Of a DNA stretch of 64,000 bases, positions 37,453 to 50,785 are shown in pieces. The first letter of the stretch is position 1. Each line of letters opens with the position of its first letter. Location of the stretch: positions 25,800,670 to 25,864,669 of the forward strand of contig NC_057718.1 in assembly GCF_004010195.1 (NCBI RefSeq), given 5' to 3'. Below the pieces are notes generated by a model. That model saw only the letters and a list, made by a program, of their open reading frames with translations. It was not told the origin of the DNA and searched no databases. A program made the position numbers and the translations under genes. Source of the DNA: Chiloscyllium plagiosum (taxonomy: Eukaryota).

Positions 37453-38024
37453 GACAATATCTTCATCCCAAGAGCCAGCCTAATGAATCTCCTCTGAACT
37501 CCCAAATCAAAGCATAGCCCACATTAAGTACAGAAACAAAAGCCACACCCAATGCTGAAGGCCTGTACAGCTGCAGCAAGACTTCCCCATTTTATCTCCC
37601 TTGCAGTCAAGGCTTTTAACCTTCCATTTGCCTTCCTTAATATTGCAGTACCTGCAGACTAACTTTTTATGAGGACACCCAGATTCCTCAACTGCGCCGC
37701 CTTCGCATGCCCTCCATTTAAGTTATATTCTGTTTTTGTACTCTTCCGAACAAAGTTGAAAAGTTCACATCTTCCCATACGATACTTTTGCCAAATTTTC
37801 GCCCACTCACTTATCAATAATTCCTTTGCAGATGTTTTGCCTTCCTTTCAACTTGCTTTCCAACTGTCTCTGTGCCATCTGCAAATTTGGCAACGCTACA
37901 GCCAGACCCTTCATCCAAGTATATAAATCATAAATAACTGAGGCCTAATACAACGATCTTGTGGTAAAATATTCATGCACCTCCCCCCATCCCCAAAACA
38001 CAACACTTCTGTATAAAACTTGAA

Positions 38025-38302
38025 GTGGAGATGCTGATGTTGGACTGGGGTGGACAGGACATGACACCTGGTTATAGTCCAATATGTTTATTTGAAATCA
38101 CAAGCTTTTGCAGTGCTGCTGCTTCACCAGTTGAAATAAAGAAAAGCACACAGACATGCAATTTATAGGTAGAGAGTTCAACAGGCAGAGCGACCAAAAG
38201 ATAGTACAAATGGTGTGAGTGGATTGTTGACTTCAGTGCTCCAAAAGCTTGTGATTTCAAATAAACCTGTTGGACTATGACTTGCTATCGTGTGACTTCT
38301 GA
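38025..38302. mobile_element. PLE family 2 fragment with inverted terminal copies
   Basis: atagtccaatatgtttatttgaaatcacaagcttttg is inverted as caaaagcttgtgatttcaaataaacctgttggactat. Related to 17092-18595. Confidence 0.75.
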
Positions 38303-40048
38303 TCATGTAAAATCTAATTATACAATAGACAAATCTACTATTATTTTCTGATTTATTTACTCAATATGGACACTCTTACTGTGTCCAATATCTGCCATCA
38401 ATGGCAGTCTTGTCTGCAGCCTCCAACTAAATAAGAACAGTAATTCTTCAATTTGCAAGACATGTCTCTCCCATTTCTAAGGATAGGTGCATTGGTGATA
38501 AAGCCCTTGATTCTCCTGCCTTAAATGATTGAAACTCAGCAGTACTTTTGTCCAGAGTTTTATTGGCATATTGAGGTTTGTCATAACCAGCCAGTTTTCA
38601 CAGTATGGGTCTGCAGGAACCTGGTCTTTTTTGCTTCTCAGCTGTGACTGTTGCAATCTGGTTCCCAACTCTGAGGCTTGTCCAATTTTTTAAAAATGTG
38701 CTTCTTTGTTTCTTTCTCTCTCTCTCTCACTGTCTCTCCCTCTCTGTCTCTGTCTCTTGATTATATGTGTACCAGCATGTTGCTTTTCAGGTTAAACTGG
38801 TTCTGGGCCATTGGGTTCAGAAAAAGAAATCAGTTCATTTTGGACACACACTTTGATGATGCTGGTTAAGAGCTTCTCGAGGTTGAAGTGTATTCTAACA
38901 GGATTAGGTAAAGAGGTGTGAGTGAAAGTAAAAACAACAGAACGGCTCAATTGTAGTAAATGGCATGATGATTCTGTGATCTTCATTCTGAGCACTTCTG
39001 TGTTCTCATCTAACTATTGTTCCTCTCAGCTTGCACCTTAATTCTTTCTTGAGTCACCCCTAGTGTTTAAAATTTATTTATTACTTCTGACTGTAGCTTT
39101 CACATTCCTGCCTTCCTCCAACAAACTGCTTCTTTTTAAAATGCAATCTTTGAGTCACCTAACCATTCTTTCGATGCTGATGATGCTCTACATTAACACC
39201 TTTAGCCTTCACTCTTAATTTTGCGATTTAAAAAGGAGAAATCATGAATTAACTAAATACTGTGCTGCAATCTAATCTGGTAGCACAAATCTTTACCAGT
39301 TCCTTATTTTCTGAAATTAATTAGCATAAATTGCTTCAGTATTTCACAAAGATAAATTAAACACTGACCCTACAAGTAGATTGTGCAATTGAAAGCAAAA
39401 TGATTAGATTTTCCTGCAGTCTGTGGAAAAGGGAGGGGATCAATATTAATCAATGAATACTGTGTTCTTTAAGTGATGGAGGTAATTTGGTGAGTTATGT
39501 AGAAAAACCTGCTTGAATGTGGCTGTATTGCTGTTCCACAATATGCACGTTCTAGTAAATCAAACTGTCCTGTACAGCTTTATTATGTGTCTCTGTTTAT
39601 ACATTTATTATAATATAGTTGTACTGACTGATACTGAGGTATGATTCAAAGCGAATTGGAAGCCCTTGGCTACCTACCTCTTCAGGAATGCACATAAACG
39701 TTAGTTATGTACAAAACTCTCAGTCTCCTTCACGTGCTGTAGTCGCACCAGCAGCCCCTTCAGGCTGTGAAACACTTAGCTCAAGTTTGTATTGCTTTCT
39801 TCTGTAGTTTTCTAGGACACACTTCAGTCTAAATTTCAAGATGGTCCTGGTGATGGCCTGCAAGGATGGGATAAACATGCCTCAGACATTTCCAGGAGTC
39901 CTGACCCAATTTTGTGGCTATTGGGCAATTAGTCTCTTGGCATTGGGGTTCCTAACCTTGTAAAAATGGACACTCAGCCCCTGAGACTGCTAGCCAATCA
40001 GAGGGCTGGCAGCTCATCAAACCCAGCAGTGCCACTGGCAATGAAAGC

Positions 40049-40273
40049 TGATAGAACTCCACAGAGGTCGGTATCCCAACACCAAGTCATCCTTTATTTA
40101 CATTTGCACAGTCCTTGACACTGATCCAGCTGTCACAGAGCCAGCTCTCAGAGTGAGCAGAACCACTGACACGCCTGTTTTACCTGTCAGCCAGGGCTCT
40201 CTAATTGGACCAGGTTAACTGTCCCCAATCAGGGAACTCAAGCTCCACTTGGCTGACCCCGTCACCAATGCCA
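40049..40273 (-). mobile_element. Short solo LTR (Mag/Gypsy-like)
   Basis: TG...CA termini, an imperfect 5-bp TSD (aaagc/aaggc), and AATAAA on the minus strand at about 40094-40099. Confidence 0.65.
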
Positions 40274-42820
40274 AAGGCATCTTGTTCAAGATCAGCAACA
40301 GGCACATTGTCCAGGAGCAGTGATAGTGGTTTGAGGTTTGCTGAGGCATTCAGACAGGCCCTGGCACTGAGCATTGTCGGCAAGGGTGGGCTGTAATTGT
40401 GAAAGGAGTCTGTGCCACAAGGTGCCCGATTAAGAGGGACTCCCTTGAGCTTTCCATGGAGGTGCAGGCTTTGGCTGGACAATCTCCTCAGTGTCAAATT
40501 CCCTGGCATGACAGTTTTGAGGGAAAGTCTTTCCCCTGAAATGATAACTTGCTCTTCCCTCAAATGCAACTAGAACTGCTGCTATATTAATAAAGGTTGT
40601 CTCTTCAGCCTTCAGGTGGTCGAGCAATTTAACTAATGTTGAAGTGTCACATTTGAAAAATTCAGCTCTGCATTGCCACTTATTACTGTACCACAGGAGC
40701 CTGAAGTCCACAGCAATTGCACAGAGCACTGCTCCCGTCTACGTCTGCCATTACCTAAGCCAGTTTCCATCTTAAGAAGGACAATACATCAGTAAGCACT
40801 CTGTGCAGTGGGCTGACTGTGACATCAGTCCGAGCCTAGCACAGGTTTGGCACATCACCTGCTTGTTTGAACCTCATCTGCCCAGTTATTAACCTCCTTT
40901 AAACACACAGAGCTTGCCTTCTGTTCAGCTGTATTAGGAAGCCTTTTTTAAGTGTGATTGAAAGAGATCAGGAGGTAAAGTATTGACATTTTCTGTTGCT
41001 GCAGAGTTAATTGAAGTATTGTGCTCAGAGTCATCGGAGGAGCTCACACGAGTTCTTGAAGTCAAAGGAAGGTAGATGTTGTTCAAGGAATGGGATGTAT
41101 TTTAAAGAACTTTGAGTAGAAATGTTAATCATTGTCTTGGGGTTATAAGTGCACCCCTGCTGCTGAATGGGAAAGTGGCACAGATTCAGCAGGGTGGGGT
41201 ACCAGGTACAGAAAGAGGCAGCAACTACTTGATAGAAGGCCACAGGGTTTTCAGAGAGCAGCTTCATCCCTCTACCAGGAGCAATGAGTAAGGTGGCAGT
41301 GGTTACATGGACTGACCTGTGCAGTCAGACCTGCAGAAGCAGGGTAAAGTGACATTTCTGAGCTTGCATAAAGCACGTAAATACCAGCATCCTGGATTGT
41401 ATCAGTGACCCCCAGTTACAACAGTCTCAGTGATGGCCATTATGATCATTTGGAGCACCTTCTGTTCGGTCCCCATCCCCTGTTGATTCTTTGTCGCTGT
41501 CCCCTGCTACATGCAACCTGCAAGTGAGAGGAATTTGCATCAGTAAGCATCATACAGTGTGTCTGACAGAATTGTCTAATTGGGATTGTTTGGAATCTGA
41601 GAGCTGTGGATGTGAGAGTTGCAGCAACAGCAAGTCTGTGAGGGTGAGGTAGAGTATTACGGAAAATATCTGATTATTCCAGATTAATGAAAGGAGTGAT
41701 AGGGCTATGATGCATTGAACAGTGTTTGAAGTTGGTGTCGTAACAGGTAAGAGAAGGCATTTACTGATGCCAATCATGTGAGGTCATTGAAATTTAACAG
41801 CCACTACAGCCATGTCTTCAGGCCAGATGCTTTGCAATGAGTTCTAAGACTAGCTCCTGCTGTTGCCTGTTTACTGTAAGTCTGGGATGGCCTTTCCCCC
41901 CAAGGAATGTTGAATTATTCTTTTTCCCTCCATCTCCATTACTGAAGCCTCCAGCAGAGTTGGAGAAGTTTACAGCCCCCTGCTGTTCATGTAGCTGGTA
42001 AACAGCTTGATTAGTGCTTGTGTGCAGGTCCCAGTAACACATATGAAGAGGAAGCACAAAGTTTACATCTCGACCGTGGTCACCAGTAGTTTCACATCAC
42101 AAACCTGTGTTTGCAAATGAGCCATTTTTAATTTTTAGTTCTAAAACACAAACTATTTGAAGTATTAATTGCTGAAAAAAAACTCTTCTAATCAATCCCA
42201 TCACTACTCGTAGTGTTGCAAAATCGCTCCCCTCTCATTACATCTTTCCATTTGATTCAGACTCATTGTTTTTCATTCCATTAATTCCATCCTCGCTCCT
42301 TTTTAATTTGGCTTTTCTTTACAAGCTATTGCTTTGGGTCTGTCGCACCAGAAATAGAAAAGGAAAAAGTACGCTGGGACTTGCAAACATAAATACTTGG
42401 GATTTCTTGGGGGAACCTTGTAAATGGCAGAGTCCATGATACAGTGATACGGAGAGATTAGGCCCAGGGATTCACTCTATTGGACACTGTGCAGCATTAA
42501 CCCTACAAAGACTTGCTAGATCTTTGGAGGCATGTGCTCTGAGAAGGAAAAGAAGTGTCAATAAATGCGGTATGGGGATCTCATTGGAATTCCACTTGTA
42601 TGATGAGATCATCACTTTTGTTCCTTTGAACATGCTGAACCCTTCTCTTTCCCCACAAGACTACAGGAGACCACATCTCACTGTTGTTGGCGATAGAGGG
42701 AGAGAGTTATATGTTCCTCTTCTCCCTGGCTTGGAATTAATGCTGCATTTACCAACTTCCAAAGGCAGGAAGGTGCCTAATACACATTTGTATCGCATGG
42801 GTGCACAGTCTTTACCTTTA

Positions 42821-43137
42821 GGGCGGCACGGTGGCTCAGTGGTTAGCACTGCTGCCTCACAGCACCAAGGTCCCAGGTTCGATTCCAGCCTTGGGTGACT
42901 GTCTGTGTGGAGTTTGCACATTGTCCCAGTGTCTGCGTGAGTTTCCTCCAGGTGCTCCGGTTTCCTCCCACAGTCCAAAGATGTGCAGGGCAGGTGAATT
43001 GGCCATACTAAATTGCCCATAGTATTAAGTGCATTAGTCAGAGGGGAAAACAGGTCTAGGTGGGTTGCTGTTCGGAGGGTCGGTGTGGACTGGTTGGGCC
43101 AAAGGGCCTGTTTCCACACTGTAGGGAATCTAATCTT
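42821..43137 (+). repeat. HE1-type V-SINE, full length
   Basis: gggcggcacggtggctcagtgg head, GGTTCGATTCC B box, V-domain and tail. Confidence 0.92.
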
Positions 43138-44639
43138 AAATGAGGTGATCTTCCACTGATCCTGTATAAATCAGCAGGGTCAGTGGCAGAGGTCATTAAC
43201 AGGCACCGTCACAGCTGAATTGCTGAAGTTATTGCCAGTGGAATTTCTGGGCCAAAGCCTTTAAGGTAGGGAATGACTATCTTCCTCGTCAAAGGAAAGA
43301 AAATTTGTTTTCCTTTGGGACATGTATGTGAGTGATGGCTGGCAGCTTTTATTAAATCCAATTATGTTCTTATTTTATCTTAATTTGTCTCCGCCACAGT
43401 TAACTGCCCTCTCTCTGATCCAGTCAACTGAGTTATGATGCTAAAACTTAATTGACCTCTTGTGTTCTTCTACACCTGGGAAACAATTTTATTTTGTTAT
43501 TTCTAGTGAATGAGGCTGAATGCCTTGAAACAAGGGCTACAAAACACTTTTGCCTGAATTACTGACATGGAAAATGTTTCCAGTAACATAGCCAGCTATC
43601 TGAATTGATGCACATGAGCGGCAGAGTTACCAATAACTGTGTATTTGGTGGCTCATTAAACAAATATCCGTGCAGACCTGAACTACACAGAACAGATTTT
43701 CAGCTCTGAACGAAAACAAAGAGTAGAATCTTCCCAGACCCTGAACGACATGGACTATGGTGAGAAATTTGAAATTTGGGAGAATTGCCTGGGAAGTTGA
43801 GGAAGGCCTTTCTGAGTGCCAGGAACAACATTTGCTTTTTCCAAATGTGTCCTGGAGGTTGAGACATGATTCCCACAGCGAGAGGCCTATTAATGACCAT
43901 TATCACACTGTTAACTACCTAACCTCATTTCAACGGAAATCAGATTCTCATCCAAACCCTTGCTGACAGAAAGTAGGCACTAACAATTCCTGACATGACT
44001 GTCTGAATGGGTACCTGGTGACACCAGCTCACTGTTTGTTCCTCTAGACCTCCATATTGGATACTTGGCAACAAGATCTCAGAGGTACTTTCTAGGACAC
44101 TGGTCATGTTCATCCTATATCACAGAAACTAGTATCTGACACATACCAGCCTCTCTATACCATCGTAGCACCATATTCAAGCGACTTACCGTATGCTTTT
44201 TGAATTGCACAATTCATGGAATGCAGCTAAGAGGATTCTTTATATACAGAGACGGGTATTCATCATTGTTTGGATTGGAGCTTCTCAGTGCTCACTGACC
44301 GACTGTCAACCTGGAGCTCACAGCATCCTTGCCTTGCCCTTGAGCCCCTCAGCCAGAGCTAACATTCACACAGTTCTTCTGTCTTGCCTTGCCTATTAGT
44401 GCAGACACAGAGACAGGCAGCTCATCATGGTTGTCAGAAGTCATCAGTCCAGGGGATGGACTTGGTGCTGTTCAACAGCATGCCATGTCAATCTCATACC
44501 AGCACCGTGTGCTCGCAGCAATGCAGCAAACTCACTGCAACAAGCAAATAGCCATGTCTCAAAGTCTAAGGACAGTAATTCTCAGCCAGGTCAAGGGAAA
44601 CATCCTTCAGTCAAGTGTTCCCAGCACAGGAAGTTAAGG

Positions 44640-45010
44640 TCAGCTTCATACCAGTCTGAGGACTTGGCCATCATCATTTGACTGGAGTAATCAGGATCAT
44701 GGTCCCCTCATCAGGATGTCAGGCACACCAACACTGCCTTGGCTCTTTCTGCCATTTTGTAGGCTGGAAAGAGAGAAAGGGAGAGAATGTTTGAGATGAA
44801 AGTGGGTGGTACAGCTGCTGGTGAATGACCCTATCAGGGTGGAGATGGTCATTGACTTTCTTTTTACATTGCTGGTTATTCCACCAAATGGCTGACACCA
44901 CAAGTGGCAATCTTGAAGCAAGTTGGCAAGGTCTGGTGTAGTAGCATCCTCTGATGGTCCTGCAGGAAAAGAATGTCCCTCCTTTGCCCACCCCATCCAC
45001 CAGGACCTGC
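44640..45010 (-). pseudogene. Myb/SANT-like DNA-binding gene remnant of a PIF/Harbinger transposon
   Basis: Minus-strand translation across frameshifts gives VDGVGQRRDILF..HQTLPTCFKIA..QQCKKKVNDHLH, then, after an intron-like gap, NGRKSQGSVGVPDIL. This resembles the Harbinger Myb/SANT (Myb_DNA-bind_5-like) pattern QCRKKxNDL..TGGGxPD. Confidence 0.6.
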
Positions 45011-45683
45011 AGCTTCCTAATTGTAAAGCAGAAAGTTTGTCAACCTATACCTTCTTGACTGTCATGTCAGAGGCAAATGTCATGAACTCTACAGGGCAGC
45101 TGCAGACCCATGGCACTTGACTGGATGCATAACAGGCTTTTGCAGATGGTAACAATGCCAGGTATCCTACTTACCATGTGCTTCTTACTATGGGGAGGAG
45201 GAGAATCAGGCGAGAAGGGTAGCGTAGGGACAGGGATGGTAGTTTACAAAGCGTGTTTCAGATGTTGGCAAGAGAAAACTCGCCAGGGTTCACAGAGTAA
45301 TTCTCCTCGAAACTTGAAGAAAATTACACATTGTCAAAATATGGTAAAATTCAGCCCTTTATCTTTCGTACCCAATTTTCCTGTACTTACCCAAGCCAAA
45401 AGGTTTTGGCTGGATGGGAAAGCCTTAGTTGCAAAGTGCACAGGCACCTCTTTTGAGGTTGGAGTCCCCCACTGTGGGGAAAATTGCATTCTTTTCATGT
45501 TCTGGTATGCATTTTGTAATTCCTAAAGGATAGACACTTCCCTGGGGCTTGTGATCACTGAAGGAAACTTGTTCAGGAGATCTGAGATGTCCAATGTCAT
45601 GATTAAATGTTGCATTGTAATTTAGATGTATTTTCAATGCAGAGGTTTATTCTGCAAAGGTAAACTGAATCTTGCCTAACCAA

Positions 45684-45805
45684 GATTAGAGTGGTGCTGG
45701 AAAAGCACAGCAGATCAGGCAGCATCCAAGAAGCAGGAAAATTGACATTTCGGGCAAAAGCCCTTCATCAGGAATGAGGCTGGGAGAAAGGGAGTGGAGA
45801 GATAA
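45684..45805 (-). mobile_element. PLE family 1 terminal fragment with a hammerhead core
   Basis: The minus strand reads CUGAUGA-AGGGC-UUUU-GCCC-GAAA-UGUC at 45744-45771. Confidence 0.8.
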
Positions 45806-46104
45806 ACCCAGTATTGCATAATTATTGTCATGAATTACAGTACTTTTCCAAATGTCAGAAATGCCAAAATGCATTAAAAATTGTAAAAAAAAGAATCTGT
45901 CAGCCTCTGCTGCCATATTTTGTGCTATGAGTTGAATTGACTGACAGCTCTCACTGTTTTTACAAATAGCCTTTTGAAATTTGCAAAAAAACTCTCCTTT
46001 TGCTCCTCTGAATTTATTGATAGATGCTCTGCTTTGAAATGGAAATGGAACACAGCTCTGCTTTTTTCAGTTTCAGGCACTTTGGGAAAGATTCCAAAAA
46101 GTTC

Positions 46105-46220
46105 TGAGTTCTGAAGAAGTCATTGGACTCAAAATATTAACTTTATTTCTCTCTTATCAGATACTGCCAGACCTGTTGGGTTTCTCTAGCACTCTGTTTT
46201 TTTTTCAGATCTTCAACGTC
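46105..46220 (+). repeat. Old PLE-derived repeat with a decayed hammerhead (family 4)
   Basis: gagtt-CTGAAGA-agtc-attg-gact-caaaatatt-aact: stems I and II are still visible but GAAA is lost. Similar decayed pieces lie at about 30235-30350 and 49980-50105. Confidence 0.55.
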
Positions 46221-46962
46221 CATACAATTGACATTTATCCTGACTAGGAAGTTTTGTTAGGACTGCTTTAGCCATTTTGAATATTTGGCTCAGATTCAAA
46301 AGCCTGATATGGCTTCAGCTCTACAGGTGGGCTACTGATCCAAGAATGTTTAAAATAATGAGAGACTGTAATATCAGAATGTGCATTTAATGCGGTTTCT
46401 TATTTGGTTACAAACCCAATAGGCAATTAAAGCACTACAATTTACTCTGAACCCGAGTAATGTTTTTCTAGTATTAATGACAGCGATGTTGAAAATAATT
46501 TTCATGGTAATTTCATGGCTCTTGAACTCCATAGATAGTATGGATGAAACCCTATAGAAAATCATGGAGGGTGTGAACTGAGGGGGTATGAGATGGCATA
46601 AGGATTGGATGAGGAGTTGAAGGATGGAGTTTAGGTAAGCCTTCAAATAATGTTGGCAGCTGAGCAATTGTGTTAGTGAACCAAAGTGGGCCTGCTAAGC
46701 AGTCTGATTCTGATGTACTTCTCATATACTCCACTGGAGTTTATAAAATGCACTGTGAACCTGGTCCTTGTGAAAGGACAAAAATCCCAGGACAAAAGTC
46801 ACCCATGTGCTTCATGAAAGGTGCAAAAATGTGTAAGTTGTGTTTTTCTGAGCCCACATTAGAATTTGGGCCAGTTGGTCTATTTCTAAATTTAATTTGC
46901 TCATACCTTTGTCAATATAGCATTGAAATGTACCCATAGTCACTAGACTACATTTTAATTGG

Positions 46963-47155
46963 AGGTCAGTTTAGCTTAGTTGGCTGGATAGCTGGTTTGT
47001 AGTACAGACTGGGTTTCATTCCTGCACTGGCTGAGGCTACCAGGAAGGACTCTCCTTCTCAACCTCTCCCCTCATCAGAGACATAACGATCCTCAGATTA
47101 AACTACCACCTATTCTCTCTTATTAGAGAGAAGCCTATACCAACTTTACCTTTAT
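46963..47155 (+). repeat. Short SINE-like repeat (family D)
   Basis: tRNA-like head (tagcttagttgg..ggg.ttcattcc) and the body ttcctgcactggctga..cctcag.ttaa..caccacc..actttacc. A second copy lies at 52438-52630. Confidence 0.65.
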
Positions 47156-47319
47156 GTTTAAGTTACTCCATTTATTATTGTTCACATGCTTTTTTTGCAA
47201 TTTCATTCTAATTAGGAGAGTCTTTAAACATCCTTCAATTTAAGTGTGAAACAGTTTTCTGTGAAAACATTCTGCAGTTCACACCATTTTGCAGAGAATA
47301 TTTTTGCGCTTACATAATA

Positions 47320-47644
47320 CAAGTAGACAACACTTTATTCAAAATCCCGAAATCTGAAAAGTTCCAAAGTCCGAAGCTTTTTTTCTCATTAATAAGGTTG
47401 TTTGGCGTGCAAACAGTTAACCCAAGTCGATACCCACTCGATGCGTGTCACTCAGATGCGACATAGGGTGGGGGTGTGGCCTCAATTTTGTTTTAGGGCC
47501 CGTTTTACTCACAGTAACTCTGTTCTAAGAAAAGTTTTTTTAAAAATTTCACCATCAAGCTGCCACTTATTCTGAAATTCAAGAAATTATGAATCTGGAA
47601 AACCAGCTGGTCCTGAACATTTCGGATAAAGGACTGTGCACCTA
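47320..47644. mobile_element. Tigger/pogo-like MITE (Tc1/mariner superfamily)
   Basis: TA flanks (47318-47319 and 47645-47646) and degenerate terminal inverted repeats (TIRs) of about 25 bp: caagtagacaacactttattcaaaa / tttcggataaaggactgtgcaccta. Subterminal tccgaa-like repeats resemble Tigger4/MER46. Confidence 0.7.
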
Positions 47645-48939
47645 TATCTGTTTTATAACCTTGCAGTGGATACAAGCAAAATTACATTAGGTTTTCACAA
47701 GTATTACATAAAACAGAGGTGTACAATAAAAAGGTGCCATGCTTCCTTCGAAATAGTGACACAGCAGTTTTACTGCCACTATCAGATGCATTCCTGATGG
47801 GAAAAAGGTTTTACTTGTTCAAGCAGATGCTTTCAAAATAATTTTTAAATAGTAATGGAAAGTTGACTGAACATGTTATACATAAGGTGCAGTGTAAGAA
47901 TATGTGGAATGAATAACAGACTGAAAATGTTTTACAGCAAAAAATGTTACACAAGCAGTGTGACATATCTGTAAAGTTGCAGGCAATATAATATGAACTG
48001 ACCAGGGGATAGTCAATATACTATCAACCTAATATTCATGGAGGAGATTGTGGGCAGTCTTCTGTATTGTTAGGCTGAAAGTATCTAATGAGTTCTTTAA
48101 GGTCCGGTCCGGTCAAAATTATTACAGGAATGCAGCTCAAGACAGTATGAGACCTACTTGTCATTTATATGTAGTTTAACCTAACCATTTAGCTTTAGAA
48201 TGTACAATACAAACTAACAATTATTAATTCATACATGTATTAAGTATTTTAACCCAATGAATTAGTGACATATTGAAACACAAGACTTCTGCAACAGTGT
48301 CACTTGCAGCTCTATCTCAGTTTCCATGGCACTGATGTTGCAATCCCCAGCACAATGATAAAAGTCCAACGAGTGGGACAAAGTCCCTGATATTAATAAT
48401 ATTCTGATTACCCACTGTTTCACCATTTCATAGTACTTTCAGTATTCTTCCAGACTTCCATTGTGCAGGAAACAAGTTGAAAACATCTCCAAGGTGGCTC
48501 TGGTGTTAACTGCATAAAACAATGGTTCCTACAGTCAATCAAGGTTAATGCAGTTCGAACAGCCAAAGTATGCATTTTTGCATTAGACCCGCACTTTTCT
48601 AATTTGCTTTATTCTCATTGTCAAGTCCAGTTAACCTTTAATGCTTAATGGTCTGGTTCAGCAACAGAAAGATGTGACTAACAAGACCAGTCCTGTACTT
48701 GCCACGTTCAAATCATAAGAAAAAGGAGTAATGCCCAAGTATTGAAAAGTAGCTTAACACATCAGTCTTTCAAAATGGGACTTTCTGAATGAGGTGTAAT
48801 ATTACAAGAGGAAATCAGTATGGACATATGAGAGGGATACCCTCCCAACAATATCTTTAAGAACATGACAGACTTTGTTGGTAACAAACATTCTGTGGCT
48901 GCCATGTTTAAACTTTAGCAAGGCAACAGAACTGTTTAG

Positions 48940-49268
48940 TAGATTAGATTCCCTGCAGTATGAAACAGGCCCTTTAGCCCAACAAGTCCACACTGACCCT
49001 CCGAAGATTAACCCACCCAGACACATTCCTCTACCCTGTATTTACCCCTGACTAATGCACCTATCACTATGGGCAATTTAGCATGACCAGTTGATCTGAC
49101 CTGCACATCTTTGGGCTGTGGGGGGAAACTGGAGCGCCCGAAGGAAATCCACGCAGACACAGGGAGAATGTGCAAACTCCACACAGACAGTCACCCGAGG
49201 CGGGAATCGAACCCATGTCACTGGCACTGTGAGGCAACAGTGCTAACCACTGAGCCACCGTGCCACCC
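48940..49268 (-). repeat. HE1-type V-SINE, full length
   Basis: Reverse-complement copy with A and B boxes and tail. Confidence 0.92.
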
Positions 49269-49269
49269 A

Positions 49270-49835
49270 TAAACTCATCAAGGGGATGATGTCAGCTCAG
49301 GGTCGTTGTGTGTCTTTGACCTGCAAACGTTTGAGCATGTGGGGCAGGATGTCCCATGAGGTACTGGGGTCCGGAGTTCAGGATTTGTTTTTTTTTCTCC
49401 TTTCTGCATGAAGCAATTTCTGGATGGTGACTGAGATTTTTGGACATCCAAATCTTGAAGCATAATATACAGAACCTCACAGTTTACTGAGTGAAATGCT
49501 TTGCCCAGGTCAACTTATGCAATGTAAAGATATATTTTCCTTGGACACATTTGGGAAAAGGGCGCATATTTAGAGATTCCTTTGGAAATTGTAAAGCTGC
49601 ACTGTCTCTGGGAGGATTTCCTTTACTATTGAACGCTGCAAATAACATTTTCATTTACGTTTCCTACCCTGTTTCTCACAATAATTTTCTTCTAGTCATC
49701 AGATTCATGAGTAATCCTTGCACCAAAATTTCACAGAAGGTTGCTCTTATCATCTTTTGGAAAGGCAGTCAGGACATCTTCAAGGTCAGAATAGGACTAT
49801 TTCCTAATGTCCACACTGGAGTTGAGGGTTGAGGC
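49270..49835 (-). mobile_element. RTE-clade LINE remnant, internally deleted
   Basis: The minus strand gives YSDLEDVLTAFPKDDKSNLL.NFGARI..NRVGNVNEN (AP endonuclease), VDLGKAFHSVNCEVL..RFGCPK (RT) and CPTCSNVCRSK (C-terminal Cys motif). Confidence 0.7.
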
Positions 49836-50524
49836 ATAAGCACTGATATGGGGGAAATGGTAGATTGGTTATGGATGAGCTGTAGGTGAAATGTCATTCA
49901 TAATGTTAAGGACCTCTGACTGTGCCACCAAAGTCCTATTGCAAATGGCAGAGCAACTCCATGGGAACAAGTGTAAAAGGGAATGTTGGAAAATTGAAAT
50001 CTAAAGAACTGTCTTTAAAGGTTTTAAGAGCATTGACCTGAAAAGTTAATTGTTTCTGTCTGCAAAGGTTGACTGACTTGCTGAGCTTTTTCAGCATTTT
50101 GTTTGATCTTATTCTATGGCCACAAATGTCTCTATCAACCTTTCCTTCCCACTCGAAGGTATATCATCCTCCTAGTGCCTTCCGCTGAGTCTCCTTAAGA
50201 AGCTGGGAGCCATTGAAGGGGAGTTGTCAGTTTGGAGTTTTGATATCTTAAGTAACACAATTCTTTTTTCTCTGGATTGTCACTCCTGAGATTATATGTG
50301 AGTGGTATCATATTTCAAGTTGCAAAATTTAGAATTATTTTCATTGACTACAAGGATGCAGATCCCACATGGTGTGGTTCTCCAACCAAGAGAAAGAAGA
50401 GATGCTTAGTTTTAGGGCCTCCTTCCCATCCAGAGTGAGCAGATTGTATCCTGAAGACAACTGTTTGCCACAAATGCTTCAGTCCAAAGGTATTTCTCTT
50501 TCAATGCAGTTGTCCAACAACTTT

Positions 50525-50785
50525 CATGCATCTGTCTGAAGCTGTATAAGGCTCTGGTCAGACTGCATTTGGAATATTGTGAGCAGTTTTAGGTCCTGTA
50601 TCTAAGGAAAGATATGCTAATCTTGCAGGAGATCTGGAAGAGGTTCTCCAGACTGATGGACTAGTTCTATGAAGAGTGGTTGAGGACCCTAGTTCTATAC
50701 TCAATGGAGTGTAGAAGGATGGGGGGGATCTCACTGAAACATACAGAATACTGAGAAGCCTGAATAGAGTGGACATGGAGAACAT
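50525..50785 (+). mobile_element. CR1 ORF2 fragment
   Basis: LKLYKALVRLHLEYCEQF..YLRKDML; GDLTETYRILRSLNRVDMENM. Confidence 0.85.

Larger units (their letters stand above)
36150..37960 (-). mobile_element. Older CR1 3' remnant split by a younger CR1
   Basis: CR1-like sequence is collinear across the insert (..ttcttcataa | gacaatatcttcatccc..). Confidence 0.65.
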
